This document shows positions 22,181 through 33,940 of a stretch of 51,523 nt of DNA, in pieces (positions within the stretch are counted from its first letter, which is position 1; every line of letters begins with the position of its first letter). The translations under genes and the position numbers were made by a program. The DNA lies in NCBI RefSeq assembly GCF_004010195.1, contig NC_057718.1, positions 63,967,905 to 64,019,427 of the forward strand, read 5' to 3'. The stretch is from Chiloscyllium plagiosum (taxonomy: Eukaryota). The notes below the pieces were generated by a model. It was not told the DNA's origin. It saw only the letters and a program-made list of their open reading frames with translations, and searched no databases.

Positions 22181-23087
22181 AGACCGTATCTTTATATTTT
22201 TCTGTATTTTTGGTTGTGGACTGAAAGGGGAATTGATCTGTTTAAAAAGCCAAGGATTGTTGTAGAATTGCTGTACTTGTTTTAAAAGCAAGTAACTTTA
22301 CATTTTTTGTCAGTGCTGTTCATGCAGTTGCTTGTTCAACACTAGGGGAAGTCTAGTTTGCAGACAAGCTGCAGCAAAGGGACATACATAAGTAGAGCTT
22401 TGACTGCAACAAGTATCTAATTGGTCTGTGGTCTATTGATCAATTTTGGTGACAAATGTTTCCTGCCTGCTCCACATATCTGAACTGTTGGGGATATGAA
22501 TGTTCAGAAGTAGGAATCGGAGCTCCACAAAGTCAGGAGCTTTTCTCTGCAGTAAAAAGCAAACTAAGCCTGAAGATAGATGGTTTATTATCCTCTTTCC
22601 GGTCGCTGTAAGTTGTGACTTTTAATTGACAAGTCAAAGATCTTTATAGCAGTCATCCACATGCTTCCTAAAAACAGGTGAAAATATCTGATGAAGGAAG
22701 ATCAAGAAGCAGGTTTCTGATCAAAGCAAATTCAATCTCAGTAAACCTTGTGGACAGGGACCAGTGCACTGCCTTCCCAGTCTTTCCTTCTGCCCATGAC
22801 ACCCATGTTTTATTCCCGTGTGTCAAGGGGGTGTTATGAGGTGGTTAGAGGTTCAACTTGTAGAGTTATATATCGATGCTTTACAATTACATATCTGTAG
22901 CTAGAATATATTGGTAATCAATAGACTTTCTTATTGAGTACAGAAACCTGATCTGTGCTTGCTGTCAACCTACATCTGGAGAAATAAATTGGAGAATTTT
23001 ACATATTTTTAAACATCTTTAACTTTCATGAAAATGCTGGGTAATATGGGGTTGGATTTCCAGTGGACTATCCCAGTGAGGCATAAT
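22181..23087 (+). repeat. Solo LTR-like repeat (copy 1), inserted in CR1
   Basis: Colinear with 48790-49697 (TATCTTTATATTTTT.CTGTATTTTT, TTTAAAAGCAAGTAA, GCAGACAAGCTG, CCTGCCTGC, GAAGATCA.GAA, TAAATTGGAGAATTTT, GATTTCCAG..CTATCCC.GTGA). Ends CATAATA. Confidence 0.75.
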
Positions 23088-23398
23088 ATTATAGAGACAT
23101 TGGCATCTGCTAAAATATTTCAGAACCTATAGGATTCCAGGAGGGCTCCAGCAGATTGAAAAGCCATTTAAAAAGGGAGGGAGAGAGAAAATAGCAAACT
23201 ACAGGCAGTTAGCCGAACACATGTCATTTGAAAATGCAGGAAGGGGGAAGGGGGAGAAAGCAAGACATTTGGGAAGCTTAATATAATCAATCAGACTCAG
23301 CATGGTTTTGCGAAAGGAAAATCAGGTTGGGCAAATGCAATGGAGGTCTTTGAGAATCTAACTGCACTTGCAGTTGTTAGAGGGGGACGAGTAGATTT

Positions 23399-23860
23399 GA
23401 GTCGAAAAGTGTGGTACTGGAAAAGCACAACAGGTCAAGCAGCATCCGAGGAGTAGGAGAGTCGATGTTTCAGGCATAAACCCTTCTTCAGGAGTGTGGC
23501 TGGGGTATGGGGTGGGGTCTGGTTGGAGAATAGGGCTGAGAGATAAATAGAAAGGTGGGAATGGGGGCAAGATTGCTGGGAGGGTTATAAGTGGATGTAG
23601 GTCAGTGGTGATGGTGAAAGGTTGGGGGGGTGTGGAGCAGATAGGTGGGAAGGAAGATGGATAGTTGGACATGTCAAGAGGGCAGTGCTGAGTTGGAAGG
23701 TCTACCACATACACAAAATCCACAACCTGACTGTCCCATTCAACCCATCATCTCCGCGATCCAACTGTCCAACTCGGTTGATGTCTGATCTACTGTGCTT
23801 TTCCAGCACCACACTTTCCAACTCTGATTTCTCCAGCATTTGCAGTTCTCACATTCTCTC
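23399..23860. mobile_element. PLE fragment with inverted termini
   Basis: Minus-strand terminal repeat (GAAAAGCACAACAGGTCAAGCAGCATCC..GATGTTTCAGGCATAAACCCTTCTTCAGGA) followed by a plus-strand end (CTGTGCTTTTCCAGCACC..CAGCATTTGCAG). Flanked by GG.AC.AGTAGAT on both sides. Confidence 0.85.
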
Positions 23861-24633
23861 AGGAACTAGTAGATGTGTGTTTGGATTTTCAGAAGGTATT
23901 CAATAATACACCACACAAAAGATTGCTCAAGGTGGGAAGCTATTGCATTTGAGGTAATGCATTAACAAGGATTGAGGATTGGTTGACACAAAGAAGACAG
24001 AAATTCAGAATTATTGGGTCTTTTTCAGGTTGGAAAAACATGGTCAGTGGAGTGCACAATCCTCATTCCTAGGTCCTCAAATATTGACTTACAAAAGGGG
24101 CAGCGTGTAATGTATCCATAGTTTTTGAGGAAACAAATATTCATGGGAGGGTATTTGTGATGAGCACAGAAGGAGTCTGCAAGGAGATATTGATAGTTTG
24201 AGTGAGTGGGCAAAATCATGGTAGATGGAGTATATTGTCAGAAGGAGTGAGGCCATGTACTTCCATTAAATAATCAAAAGGCAGATTGCTATTTAAGTGG
24301 AGAGATAATCCAAAGAAGTGCAGTACAGAGGGATTTAAGTGTTCTCATGCATGAAATACAAGAAGTTAGCATGTAGATGCAGCAAATAATTAAGAAGACA
24401 AATGGAATGTTGACCTTTACTTCAAAGAGATTGTAGCTTATAAGTGGGGAAATCTTGGAACAACTGTTGGTGAGGCCACATCTGGAGTACTGTGTACAGT
24501 TTTTGTCCCCATATTTAAAAAAGAATATATTAGTACTGGAGGCAGTTTGAAGAGATTCACCAAGCTGATTCCTGGAATGAAACAGGTGACTTATCGAGAA
24601 AGGTGAGCAGATTAGCTATTTATACATTACAGT

Positions 24634-24946
24634 GGTGGGCGGCACGGTGGCACAGTGATTAGCACTGCTGCCTCACAGCGCCAGAGACCCCGGTTCAATT
24701 CCCACCTCAGGCGACTGACTGTGTGGAGTTTGCACGTTCTCCCTGTGTCTGCGTGGGTTTCTTCCGGGTGCTCCGGTTTCTGCCCACAGTCCAAAGATGT
24801 GCAGGTAAGGTGAATTGGCCATGCTAAATTGCCCGTAGTGTTAGGTAAGGGGTATGGGTGGGTTGCACTTCGGCGGATCGGTGTGGACTTGTTGGGCCGA
24901 AGGGCCTGTTTCCACACTGTAATGTAATCTAATCTAAATCTAATCT
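24634..24946 (+). mobile_element. Young HE1 SINE
   Basis: Full A/B boxes and V-domain, many retained CpGs, (TAATC)n tail. Confidence 0.96.
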
Positions 24947-24969
24947 TTAAAAGAATAAGGAGTGTTCTT

Positions 24970-26446
24970 AGAGTCATAAAGTCATAGAGATGGACAACAT
25001 GGAAACAGACCCTTTGGTCCAACTCGTCCATGTCAACCAGATACCCCAATCCAATCTAGTCTCACCTGCCAGCATCCAGCCCATATCCCTCTAAACCCTT
25101 CCTATTCATATACCCATCCAGATGCCTTTTAAATGTTGCATTTGTACTAGCCTCCACCACATCCTCTGGCAGCTCATTCCATACACGTACCACCCTCTGC
25201 ACAAAAAAATTGCCCCTTAGGTCTCTTTTATATCTTTCCCCTTTCACCCTAAACCAATGCCCTCTAGTTCTGGACTCCCCCACCCCAGGGAAAAGACTTT
25301 GTCTATTTATCCTACCCATGTCCCTCATGATTTTATAAACCTCTATAAGGTCACCCCTCAGCCTCTGACACTCCAAGGAAAACAGCTCCAGTCTATTCAA
25401 CCTCACCCTATAGCTCAAATCCTCCAATCCTGGCAACATCCTTGTAAATCTTTTCTGAACCCTTTCAGGTTTCGCAACATCTTTCCGATAGGAAGGAGAC
25501 CAAAATTGCATGCAATATTCCAAAAATGGCCGAACCAATGTCCTGTACAACCACAACATGACCTCACAACTCCTGTACTCAATACTCTGACCAGTATAGG
25601 AAAACATACCAAATGCCTTCTTCACTATCCTATCTACCTTCGACTCCACTTTCAAGGAGAAAGTAGAACCAGTTCACCAAAGTCTCCAAAGCATATAAGT
25701 CCTGTTAAGATTTGCTTTTCCAAAATGCAACACCTCACATTTATCTAAATTAGACTCCATCTGCCACTCCTCAGCCCATTGGCTCATCTGATCAAGATTC
25801 TGTTTTAATATGAGGTAACCTTCTTTGCTGTCCACTACACCTCCAATTTTGATGTCATCTGCAAACTTACTAACTATATCTCTTATACTCACATCCAAAC
25901 CATTTATATAAATGATGAAAAGTAGTGGACCCAGCACTGATCCTTGTGACACTCCACTGGTTACAGGCCTCCAGTCTGAAAAACAACCCTCCACCACCAC
26001 CCTCTGTCTTCTACCTTTGAGCCAGTTCTGTATCCAAATGGCTAGTTCTCCCTGTTTTCCATGAGATCTAATGTTGCTAACCAGTCACCCTTGGGGAACC
26101 TTGTCAAACACCTTAATGAAGTCCACATAGATCACATCCATCGCTCTGTCCTCATCAATCCTCTTTGTTATTTCTTCAAAAAACTCAATCAAGTTTGTGA
26201 GACATGATTTCCCACACACAAAGCCATGCTGACTATCCCTAATCAGCCTTTGCCTTTCTAAATACATGTACACCCTGTCCCTCAGGATTCTCTCCAACAA
26301 CTTGCCCACCACTGACGTCAGGCCCACTGGTCTATAGTTCCCTGGCTTGTCGTTACCACCTTTTTAAAATAGTAGAGCTACGTTAGCCAACCTCCAGTCT
26401 TCTGGCACCTTACCTGTGACTATCGATGATACAAATATCCCAGCAA
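24970..26446 (-). mobile_element. Relatively young 5'-truncated CR1 LINE (RT largely readable)
   Basis: WRLANV, DSQHGF.CGKSCLTNLIEFFE, VTSGVSQGSVLGPLLFIIYIN..SKFADD, and a 197-aa open C-terminal frame at 25062-25655. Confidence 0.97.
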
Positions 26447-26828
26447 ATTGAAACATACAAGGTCCTGAGTAAGCTTGACAGGGTAGGTGTTGAGGAGATG
26501 TTGTCACTATTGGTGAATCCCGAACTAAGTACATAGTTACAGAGTAAGAGGACACTCGTTTAAAACTGAAACGGAAAGGAATTTCTTCACCAAACGGGCC
26601 GTGAATGTCTGGAATTCTCCACCTCCAAAAGTAATGGAAGCTAGATCACTGAAATTATTTCAAGAGGAGGTAGATGGATTTTTATTAAATATCAGGGAGT
26701 TGAGGGCTGTGAGGAGCTGGCATGAAAGCAATTAAAGCCTGCAGCAGATCAGCCATGATCTTATCGAATGGCAGGGCTGGTTTGATGTGCCAAATGGACC
26801 ACAACTGCTGCTATTCCTTCTGTCCAAT

Positions 26829-27240
26829 TGTTATCCATATCAAGCTTTAAACACAATATTTTTTGAACAGGTTTCTTAATTCACACAGTTACTGACTTTT
26901 AATCAAAATAAATCTTATTCAATGAAGATGCAATAATTTGTTAAGATACACAGGCAGTAATATAAAGTACAAATGATTATCTCTGTAAATAACCCAACAC
27001 ACATGGAAACACACACACACACATCCACATACAGTCTTCAGGAAAATAGGAAAAAATCAGATTTCTCGGTTATTTTTGAATGCAAAAAGTGTGAAATGTT
27101 TCAAAGTCTATTGCTCTGATGTCTTGGCACATATAATCAAGTTGCTAATCATACAGGATTGTCTCTGTAGTCTTATAGACACAGGTTGCCCAGAAAATAT
27201 AGTCTTGAGACATTTTTTCAATATTTCAAAAAACAAATAG
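26829..27240. repeat. Interspersed LTR-like repeat with (AC)n; related to 20390-21010
   Basis: Colinear similarity with ~20500-20770. Confidence 0.55.
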
Positions 27241-28189
27241 GTCTGATACTGAACTCAACTAGCTCTGCCTCAAATGGTGGTAATGCTATTTGTATGCTAA
27301 ACAAAAAGATGTGAAATATATTCTCTTCTCATTTATTTATTCCAGTTATTACTGTGTAGGATGCTAAAAGAATGATGCCCTGCTTATGCTCTAAAGCATA
27401 ATGGACATTGTTTCAAATGATCATGATTAAATAATGCTACATTTACAAGCAGATATCTGCTTATAACTGCAATCAACATATAACATTACGACAATGTAGT
27501 TTATGCATGTATAAATCAATCACTATGTCTACAACAACACATTGTCAATTAATCTACCCAAATTAATACTTTAATGAAACAATCTGAGATTATGAATAAG
27601 AAAGTGCCCAGACTTATCTCCTTTGGCATGAACAAACATTATAAAGATGCTTTAAGCTATTGAACAACCATTTGAATATTAGCATGCACATGTTTTAAAC
27701 ATTGACCTCATGTTTCCGTTTGTAATTCACCTATGCCTACAGTTGGGGCTTCAAAATTGAGCAGTATAAAGTTCAATGAGTTTCAGTGTTTTTCGTGGAT
27801 TGAATTTTCTATAATAACTATACTTTACTCTTGCTTTTCTGATTATGTGTTCTCTTTCATGTGCATTTTTATACACCTCATCCCCATTTTCATGAGGTGG
27901 ATAATCCTAACCCCATTTTGGAACCATTTAAGATCTGGATATTTTTGGAAACTTACTATCAATTTTAAGGCTAAGGATGCCAAACCTTAAAGTCACTGAA
28001 TGGATCTGAAGCTGAGATTAGTACTTGTCCCCACATAGACTTCTTTTTAACTGGTTTCAGCCAAGTTGTAATATCCGAGTTTAAAAACAGAAAATATTTG
28101 AAATATCTAACAGACTTCCCATCACCAGGGCAGAGAGAAACAGAACTAAAGTTTTGAATCAAAAATGATACTTTAATTATCTTTGTACA

Positions 28190-28880
28190 GTTATGATCTC
28201 AGATGTAGCTCACACTGGACAAGTCAGAATCCAGAATGAAATCTGACTTCATAGATCATAAGTTTAATTTTAATAGTTGTTTAGTGTGGTGATTAATCAC
28301 TGAAAACATACACATGAGGCTGCAAATGATCTTTAACAAAGTAACAGATTTTTATTATTGAAAATAAATCAAATAAAGCTATCAGTTACATATAAATGAT
28401 AATTCTGAAAGGTCTTTAAAAGAATAGCAAAATATAATTTCAACCTTTTTTCCCATAAAATCTATCTTTACTTAGCTGGATTTTCTCAACCTCTCCTACT
28501 TGGTCAGCTGTGATAGTTATATTACTTATTACTGAATCTGTTGCCATGAAACCTTTTCAGTTTTGATTGTCTAAACCTCTTTTGAGTTCTAACAACTTGA
28601 AGACTTCTTTAAAAACGCTCACAGCTTAGAAGTTTCACGAAACAAAGCCACGTTTACTGAAGTAACTGATTCCCTCAGAACGGAAATATTGATTCCTTTG
28701 CGAGGAGGAACCTATTCTCTTTTCTGAGCTGAACTTCTGATTCTTCTGAAGTCACAGGCTAAACTAATGACCTCGATCCAATTTTCTCTGTCTGTTGTAA
28801 ATTCAGCAGCATAAAAAATGTATTCATTAGCAACAGACGTGTGCTGCTAGCCACTGGACTGGGTCACGTGTATTCATGAT
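28190..28880 (-). repeat. Probable solo LTR
   Basis: Starts GTTATGATC, the inverse of the GATCATAAC end at 48601-48609. GGACAAGTCAGAATCC mirrors GGAATCTGACTTATCC (48539-48554). AATAAA on the minus strand. Confidence 0.55.
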
Positions 28881-30045
28881 GACAGAATGGTAGACATGGT
28901 CTATATGGACTCCAGCAAGGCATTCAACAAGGTTCTTCATGGTGGACCGATTAGCAAGATCAGATCACATGGAATCCAGGGAATGTTAGCCATATCATTA
29001 CAAAATTGGCTTGAAGGCAGGAGACCAAGGCTGGTGGTGCATGGTTTTTTTTCGGACTTGAAGCTTGTGACCAGCGGTGTGCAGTAAGGATCGGTGCTGG
29101 GCCAACTGTCTTTTGTCATTTATATAAAATGATATAAATGATCAGAATGTGAATGTAGGAGGCATGGTTAGTATGTTTGTAGACGACAGCAAAACTGATG
29201 GTGTAATGGACAATGAAGAAGGTTATCTTAGAGTATAACAGGACCTTGATCAGATGGGCTGATTTATTTATCAGAGGTGTTGCATTTTTGAAAGGCAAAT
29301 TGGAGCAGGACTTGTACAGGGGGAGCGTTGATGAACAAAGAAATTTTGAGATGAATGTTCATAGTCCTTTGAAAGTGAAGTCACGATAGACAGGGAAATG
29401 AAGAAGGCATTTGGTACACTTGCCTTTATTGGTCAGTGCATTATGTTTAGGAGTTGGGAGGTCATGTTGTGTCTGTACAGACATTGGTGAGGCCACTTTT
29501 GGAAGACTGCATTCAATTCTGGTCTCCCTGCTATCGGAAAGCTATTGGCAAACTTGAAAGGGTTCAAAAAAGATTTACAAGCATGTTGCCAGGGTTGGAG
29601 GGTTTGAGCTACAGGGAGAGGCTGAAAACACTGGGAATTTTTCCCAGGAGCATCGGAGGTTGAGGGGTGACCTTATAGAGGTGTATAAAACCACGAGGAG
29701 CATGGATAGGATAAATAGCCAAGGTCATTTTCCCAGGGTAGGAGAGTCCAAAACTAGAGGGCATAGGTTTAAGGTGAGAGGAGAAAGATTTCAAAGAGAT
29801 CTAAGAGGCAACCTTTTCTCATAGAGGGTGGTGTGTGCATGGAATGAGCTGTCAAAGGACATGGTGGAGGCTGATACAATTAAAACATTTAAAAGGCATC
29901 TGAATGAGTACATGAATAGGAAGGATTTAGAGCCATATGGGCCAAATGCTGGCAAATGAGATTAAGATTAATTTAGGATAAGTTTGTCAGCATGGACAAG
30001 TTGGACCTAAGGGTCTGTTTCCATGCTGTACAATTCTGTGACTCC
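28881..30045 (+). mobile_element. 5'-truncated CR1 LINE
   Basis: VDMVYMDSSKAFNKV.H, VTSGVQ*GSVLG, FVDDSK, LVRPLLE..IQFWSP, plus 3' UTR and tail. Confidence 0.95.
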
Positions 30046-30477
30046 AGAAATGGACATATTTATATCATTGTTCCAAATGACTTTCTACAGAAGACCATGT
30101 GAAACAATGTAAATTTTAAATTATGTGGAAGCACATAGAGGAATCAAGCATAGAATTTACATTGGTAAGTAACTCATTACAACATTAATAGTTTAGAAAA
30201 AGTCTGATTATAAGCCAGAGCAAGTTTGCTAAGTTTAATGGATAATGCATAAATAATATTAGAGATATAAAAATTCCGGTTCTATTTGATTTTAATGTGT
30301 TGGAGAATGTGTGCATAGTAAATGATAACCTTAGAGGGTGTTATAATGCACCTGCTTTTATCCCGACAACAATCTGTGTTTTGATATCTGCAAATACCTT
30401 GAAGGGTGTGTTAATTAACTGACTGTTAATCTTTATCGAGCTTGATAGGTTGTGTTGAATTAATCCCATGAATTGAA

Positions 30478-31031
30478 GTCAGTCATTGAGTCATAGTCAT
30501 AAATGAAAACAGACCCTTCGGTCCAACTAATTGTTTAATCTTTTCAAACTTATCCACGCAGACCAAGTTTGCCAAACTTAACTGGTCTCACTTTCCCATA
30601 TTTGGCCCATATCCCACTAAACATTTCCTATTCATATACCTATCCAAATGTCTTTTAAGTGTTGAAACTGTACCTGCATCTATTGCTTCATTTGGCATTT
30701 CATTCCAAATACAAACCTCTCTCTCTCTGTGAAAACGTTGTCTCTTGGGTCACTTTTAAAACTTTCTCTTCTCACCTTAAAACTATGCCCCCTAGCTTTG
30801 AACTCCCCACCCTCAGGAAAAGACCTTTACTATTTACCTTATCTATGCCCCTCATGAACCTGTAAAAGGTCACCCCTTAACCTCCTACTCTTCAATGAAA
30901 AAAGTCCCAGCCAATCCAGCCTATCCTTTTAGCTCAAACCCTCCAATGCCAGCAACATTCCGGCAAATTCTTTTTGAACCCTGTTCAATTTAATAATATC
31001 CTTCTTATAGCAGGGTGAACAGAACTGTACA
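30478..31031 (-). mobile_element. CR1 LINE 3' portion running into an assembly gap
   Basis: Tail at 30478-30500. VQFCSPCYKKDIIKLNRVQK on the minus strand. Confidence 0.93.
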
Positions 31032-31531
31032 NNNNNNNNNNNNNNNNNNNNNNNNNNNNNNNNNNNNNNNNNNNNNNNNNNNNNNNNNNNNNNNNNNNNN
31101 NNNNNNNNNNNNNNNNNNNNNNNNNNNNNNNNNNNNNNNNNNNNNNNNNNNNNNNNNNNNNNNNNNNNNNNNNNNNNNNNNNNNNNNNNNNNNNNNNNNN
31201 NNNNNNNNNNNNNNNNNNNNNNNNNNNNNNNNNNNNNNNNNNNNNNNNNNNNNNNNNNNNNNNNNNNNNNNNNNNNNNNNNNNNNNNNNNNNNNNNNNNN
31301 NNNNNNNNNNNNNNNNNNNNNNNNNNNNNNNNNNNNNNNNNNNNNNNNNNNNNNNNNNNNNNNNNNNNNNNNNNNNNNNNNNNNNNNNNNNNNNNNNNNN
31401 NNNNNNNNNNNNNNNNNNNNNNNNNNNNNNNNNNNNNNNNNNNNNNNNNNNNNNNNNNNNNNNNNNNNNNNNNNNNNNNNNNNNNNNNNNNNNNNNNNNN
31501 NNNNNNNNNNNNNNNNNNNNNNNNNNNNNNN

Positions 31532-32075
31532 GCCTGACATTGGTGTTGGGCAAGTTGTTGGAGGGAATCCTGAGGAACAAGGTTTACCTGTATTTGGAAA
31601 GTCAAGGACTGATTAGGGATAGTCAGCATGGCTTTGTGTGTGGGAAACCATGTCGCACAAACTTGATTGAGTTTTTTGAAGAAGTAATGAAGAGGATTGA
31701 TGAGGGCAGAGTGGTAGATGTGATCTATATGGACTTCAGTAAGGCATTCAGTAAGGTTCCTCGAGGGAGACTGGTTAGCAAGGTTAGATCTCACGGAATA
31801 CTAGGAGAACCAACCATCCGGTTACAGAACAGGCTCAAAGGTAGAAGACAGAGGGTGGTGGTGAAGAGTTGTTTTTCAGACTGGAGGAGTGCCACAGTGA
31901 CCAGTGGACTGCCACAAGGATCGGTGCTAGGTCCACTACTTTTCGCAATTTATATAAATGATTTGGATGTGAGCTTAAGAAGTATATTTAGTAAGTTTGC
32001 AGATGACACCAAAATAGGAGGTGTAGTAGACAGCAAAGAAGGTTACCTCAGATTACAACAGGATCTTGATCAGAT
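31532..32075 (+). mobile_element. CR1 RT segment (open frame)
   Basis: DSQHGF..NLIEFFEEV..DFSKAF..VTSGLPQGSVLGPLLFAIYINDLD..SKFADDTKIGG..LQQDLDQ. Confidence 0.96.
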
Positions 32076-32445
32076 GGAGAAAGTGATGTCTGCAGATGCT
32101 GGAGATCAGAGCTGAAAATGTGTTGCTGGAAAAGCGCAGCAGGTCAGGCAGCATCCAAGGAGCAGGAGAATCGACGTTTCGGGCATGAGCCTTTGGAATG
32201 CTTTGGAGAAAGTGAGGAGTGCAGTTGCTGGAGATCAGAGTTGAGACTGTGGTGCTGGAAAGGCACAGCAGGTCAGGCAGCATCTGAGGAGCAGGAGAGT
32301 ATGGAGCGGATATATAGGAAAGGTGATAGACAGGTCAGAGGGCGGTGCCAAGTTGGAGGCTTGGGAGTGAGATAATGCGGGATGGGGGGAAATGAAGAAA
32401 CTGGTGAAATCCACATTGATCCCATGTGGTTGCAGGGACCCAATT
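32076..32445 (-). mobile_element. PLE terminal repeats in partial tandem
   Basis: Two successive copies of GGAGAAAGTGA..TGCAG.TGCTGGAGATCAGAG..GCTGGAAA.GC.CAGCAGGTCAGGCAGCATC at 32076 and 32205. The first includes GACGTTTCGGGCATGAGCC. Confidence 0.9.
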
Positions 32446-32584
32446 GCCATCTCTTTCCAGTGACCTTACTAGTACTGCAGTCCGTATTTGACAGCTATCA
32501 CTTTACTTATTTGGCTGCTTCTTTGAAACTTTCTCAGAGACCCCCAGAGAAGTGGAAGCCTCCAGTAAAGTTTTCTTGGTCTCG

Positions 32585-32650
32585 TGGATCAGTGTGGACC
32601 TTGTTGGGCCAATGGTCTGTTTACACACTGGAGGACCTCTATGATTCTAT
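32585..32650 (+). mobile_element. HE1 SINE tail fragment
   Basis: TCAGTGTGGACCTTGTTGGGCCAATGGTCTGTTTACACACTG..CTCTATGATTCT. Confidence 0.75.
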
Positions 32651-33074
32651 TTGGTTAATGCATCTGGGTTTTGTCCTGCTTGATTTCCCACCCATTAAAA
32701 TTGATAGAACGCAAAGCTAATCTTCACCTTTGATACTCCAGTGACTATGTTTCAGCTACAGATTGTAAAATTCATTCAAATCAGTTACCTGGGGCTTTGC
32801 ACAAGTATAAAATGGAAGCTCATGTGTTATGTGACTGACTCATGTGGAGAAGCTGCTTCACATATAATTTGATTTTTTTTTTAAATTGTGCATTTATCCA
32901 TCCATTAGAAACATCTCTGGTTTGTGCTAACATATTGATGGATAAGATAATTAAATTGAATGCTAATGAGAACAAACAAGAATAGTTTCCTTGGTAACAC
33001 TGGCAAGAAACAAACTGTAAGCAGTGTACTCCAGCTTTGCAAGGGTTTGACCATTTAAAGTTTAAACTGAAATT

Positions 33075-33400
33075 TTGGTGCAGTACTGAGGGAGTGCTGC
33101 CTTTCAGATTAAACATTAGCCCAACGGCATTGTGACATGAAAGAGTCAAAGCCCCATTTTGAAGAAGAGAAGAAGAGCTGGCTAATATTTATCAATCATC
33201 TCTGAACACAGACAAGCTAGTTATATCTTATTGCTATAACTGAGAGTTTGCTGTGAGTAAATTGACTACCTCATTTCCTCTTTGCAATTATTCTTCAAAA
33301 GTCAGAAATTCCTCTTTTGGTATTTTACTCCTCAAAAGTACTTTCTTGGCTGTATTATGAAATTGTGAAAGGAACTATATTAATGCAAATCATTTCTTTA
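33075..33400 (+). mobile_element. Ancient Deu-domain SINE (SacSINE1/AmnSINE1 superfamily), decayed
   Basis: GTGCAGTACTGAGGGAGTGCTGC, TTTTGAAGAAGAG, CTGGCTAATATTTATC, ATTGCT..GAGTTTGCTGTG..AAATTG, TCAAAAGTACTT..TTGGCTGTA, GTGAAAGG..CTATAT.AATGCAA, in the order I recall for Deu-SINEs. Confidence 0.8.
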
Positions 33401-33940
33401 TTTTAATTCTTAGATGCTTGGGATGCAAAATTCATTCATTTTTTTTTCTTTAGGCATGGAACCGCAGTTGACTAATTGTCTACATCCATTGGATATGGGG
33501 GATGTGTAAAACAGAAAATTGCTTATCCATTTCATATTTCTATGTGTGCACTAGTAGGCTGACTTCCAGATCTGAATTTACTACCCTTTAAGGGGTGAGA
33601 GTGAGGAAAACCTGCTTAGATACAACTGTCATCAACCTTACATTGCACAGCCTCTAGCCAAGTGTGAGGAAAGAAGAGTGAAGCAGTGAACAAGGCGCAA
33701 ACAAAGGTTCACCAGGTGGGCAAGAATAGAGAGATTGAGGAATCTGTTATGTCGAGCTACTTGGCCAATGATTGCTGTTTTTTCTGAACAACACAATTAC
33801 TGACCAATTAGCCTGTCAATCAGAATGGTCCATGTGCTAAATTTTGACACTGATCATTCCAACTGATGTGCTACTCAGCCAATGAGCTCTAGCCACTATG
33901 GAGGTAAATGCCCAAATGATTAGGACTCAATAGGCTGAAT

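Larger units (their letters stand above)
21905..26825 (+). mobile_element. Old CR1 LINE ORF2 broken into five pieces by nested insertions (21905-22180, 23088-23398, 23862-24630, 24947-24969, 26447-26825)
   Basis: Colinear motifs across the pieces: LKVDKLPGPYDLHP, FKKGGREKIANYR, QHGFAKGKS, LDFQKVFN, VRPHLEYCVQF, IETY, FFTKRAVNVWNS, and the CR1 3' UTR GATCAGCCATGATC. Confidence 0.85.

Noticed and set aside
28540..28552. RFX X-box-like GTTGCCATGAAAC
   Set aside because: Imperfect spacing and located inside a probable LTR, with no independent support.
30929..32115. Long ORFs across the N gap (also 7256-7950)
   Set aside because: Their length is an artefact of undetermined bases; the real parts are CR1 or PLE sequence.
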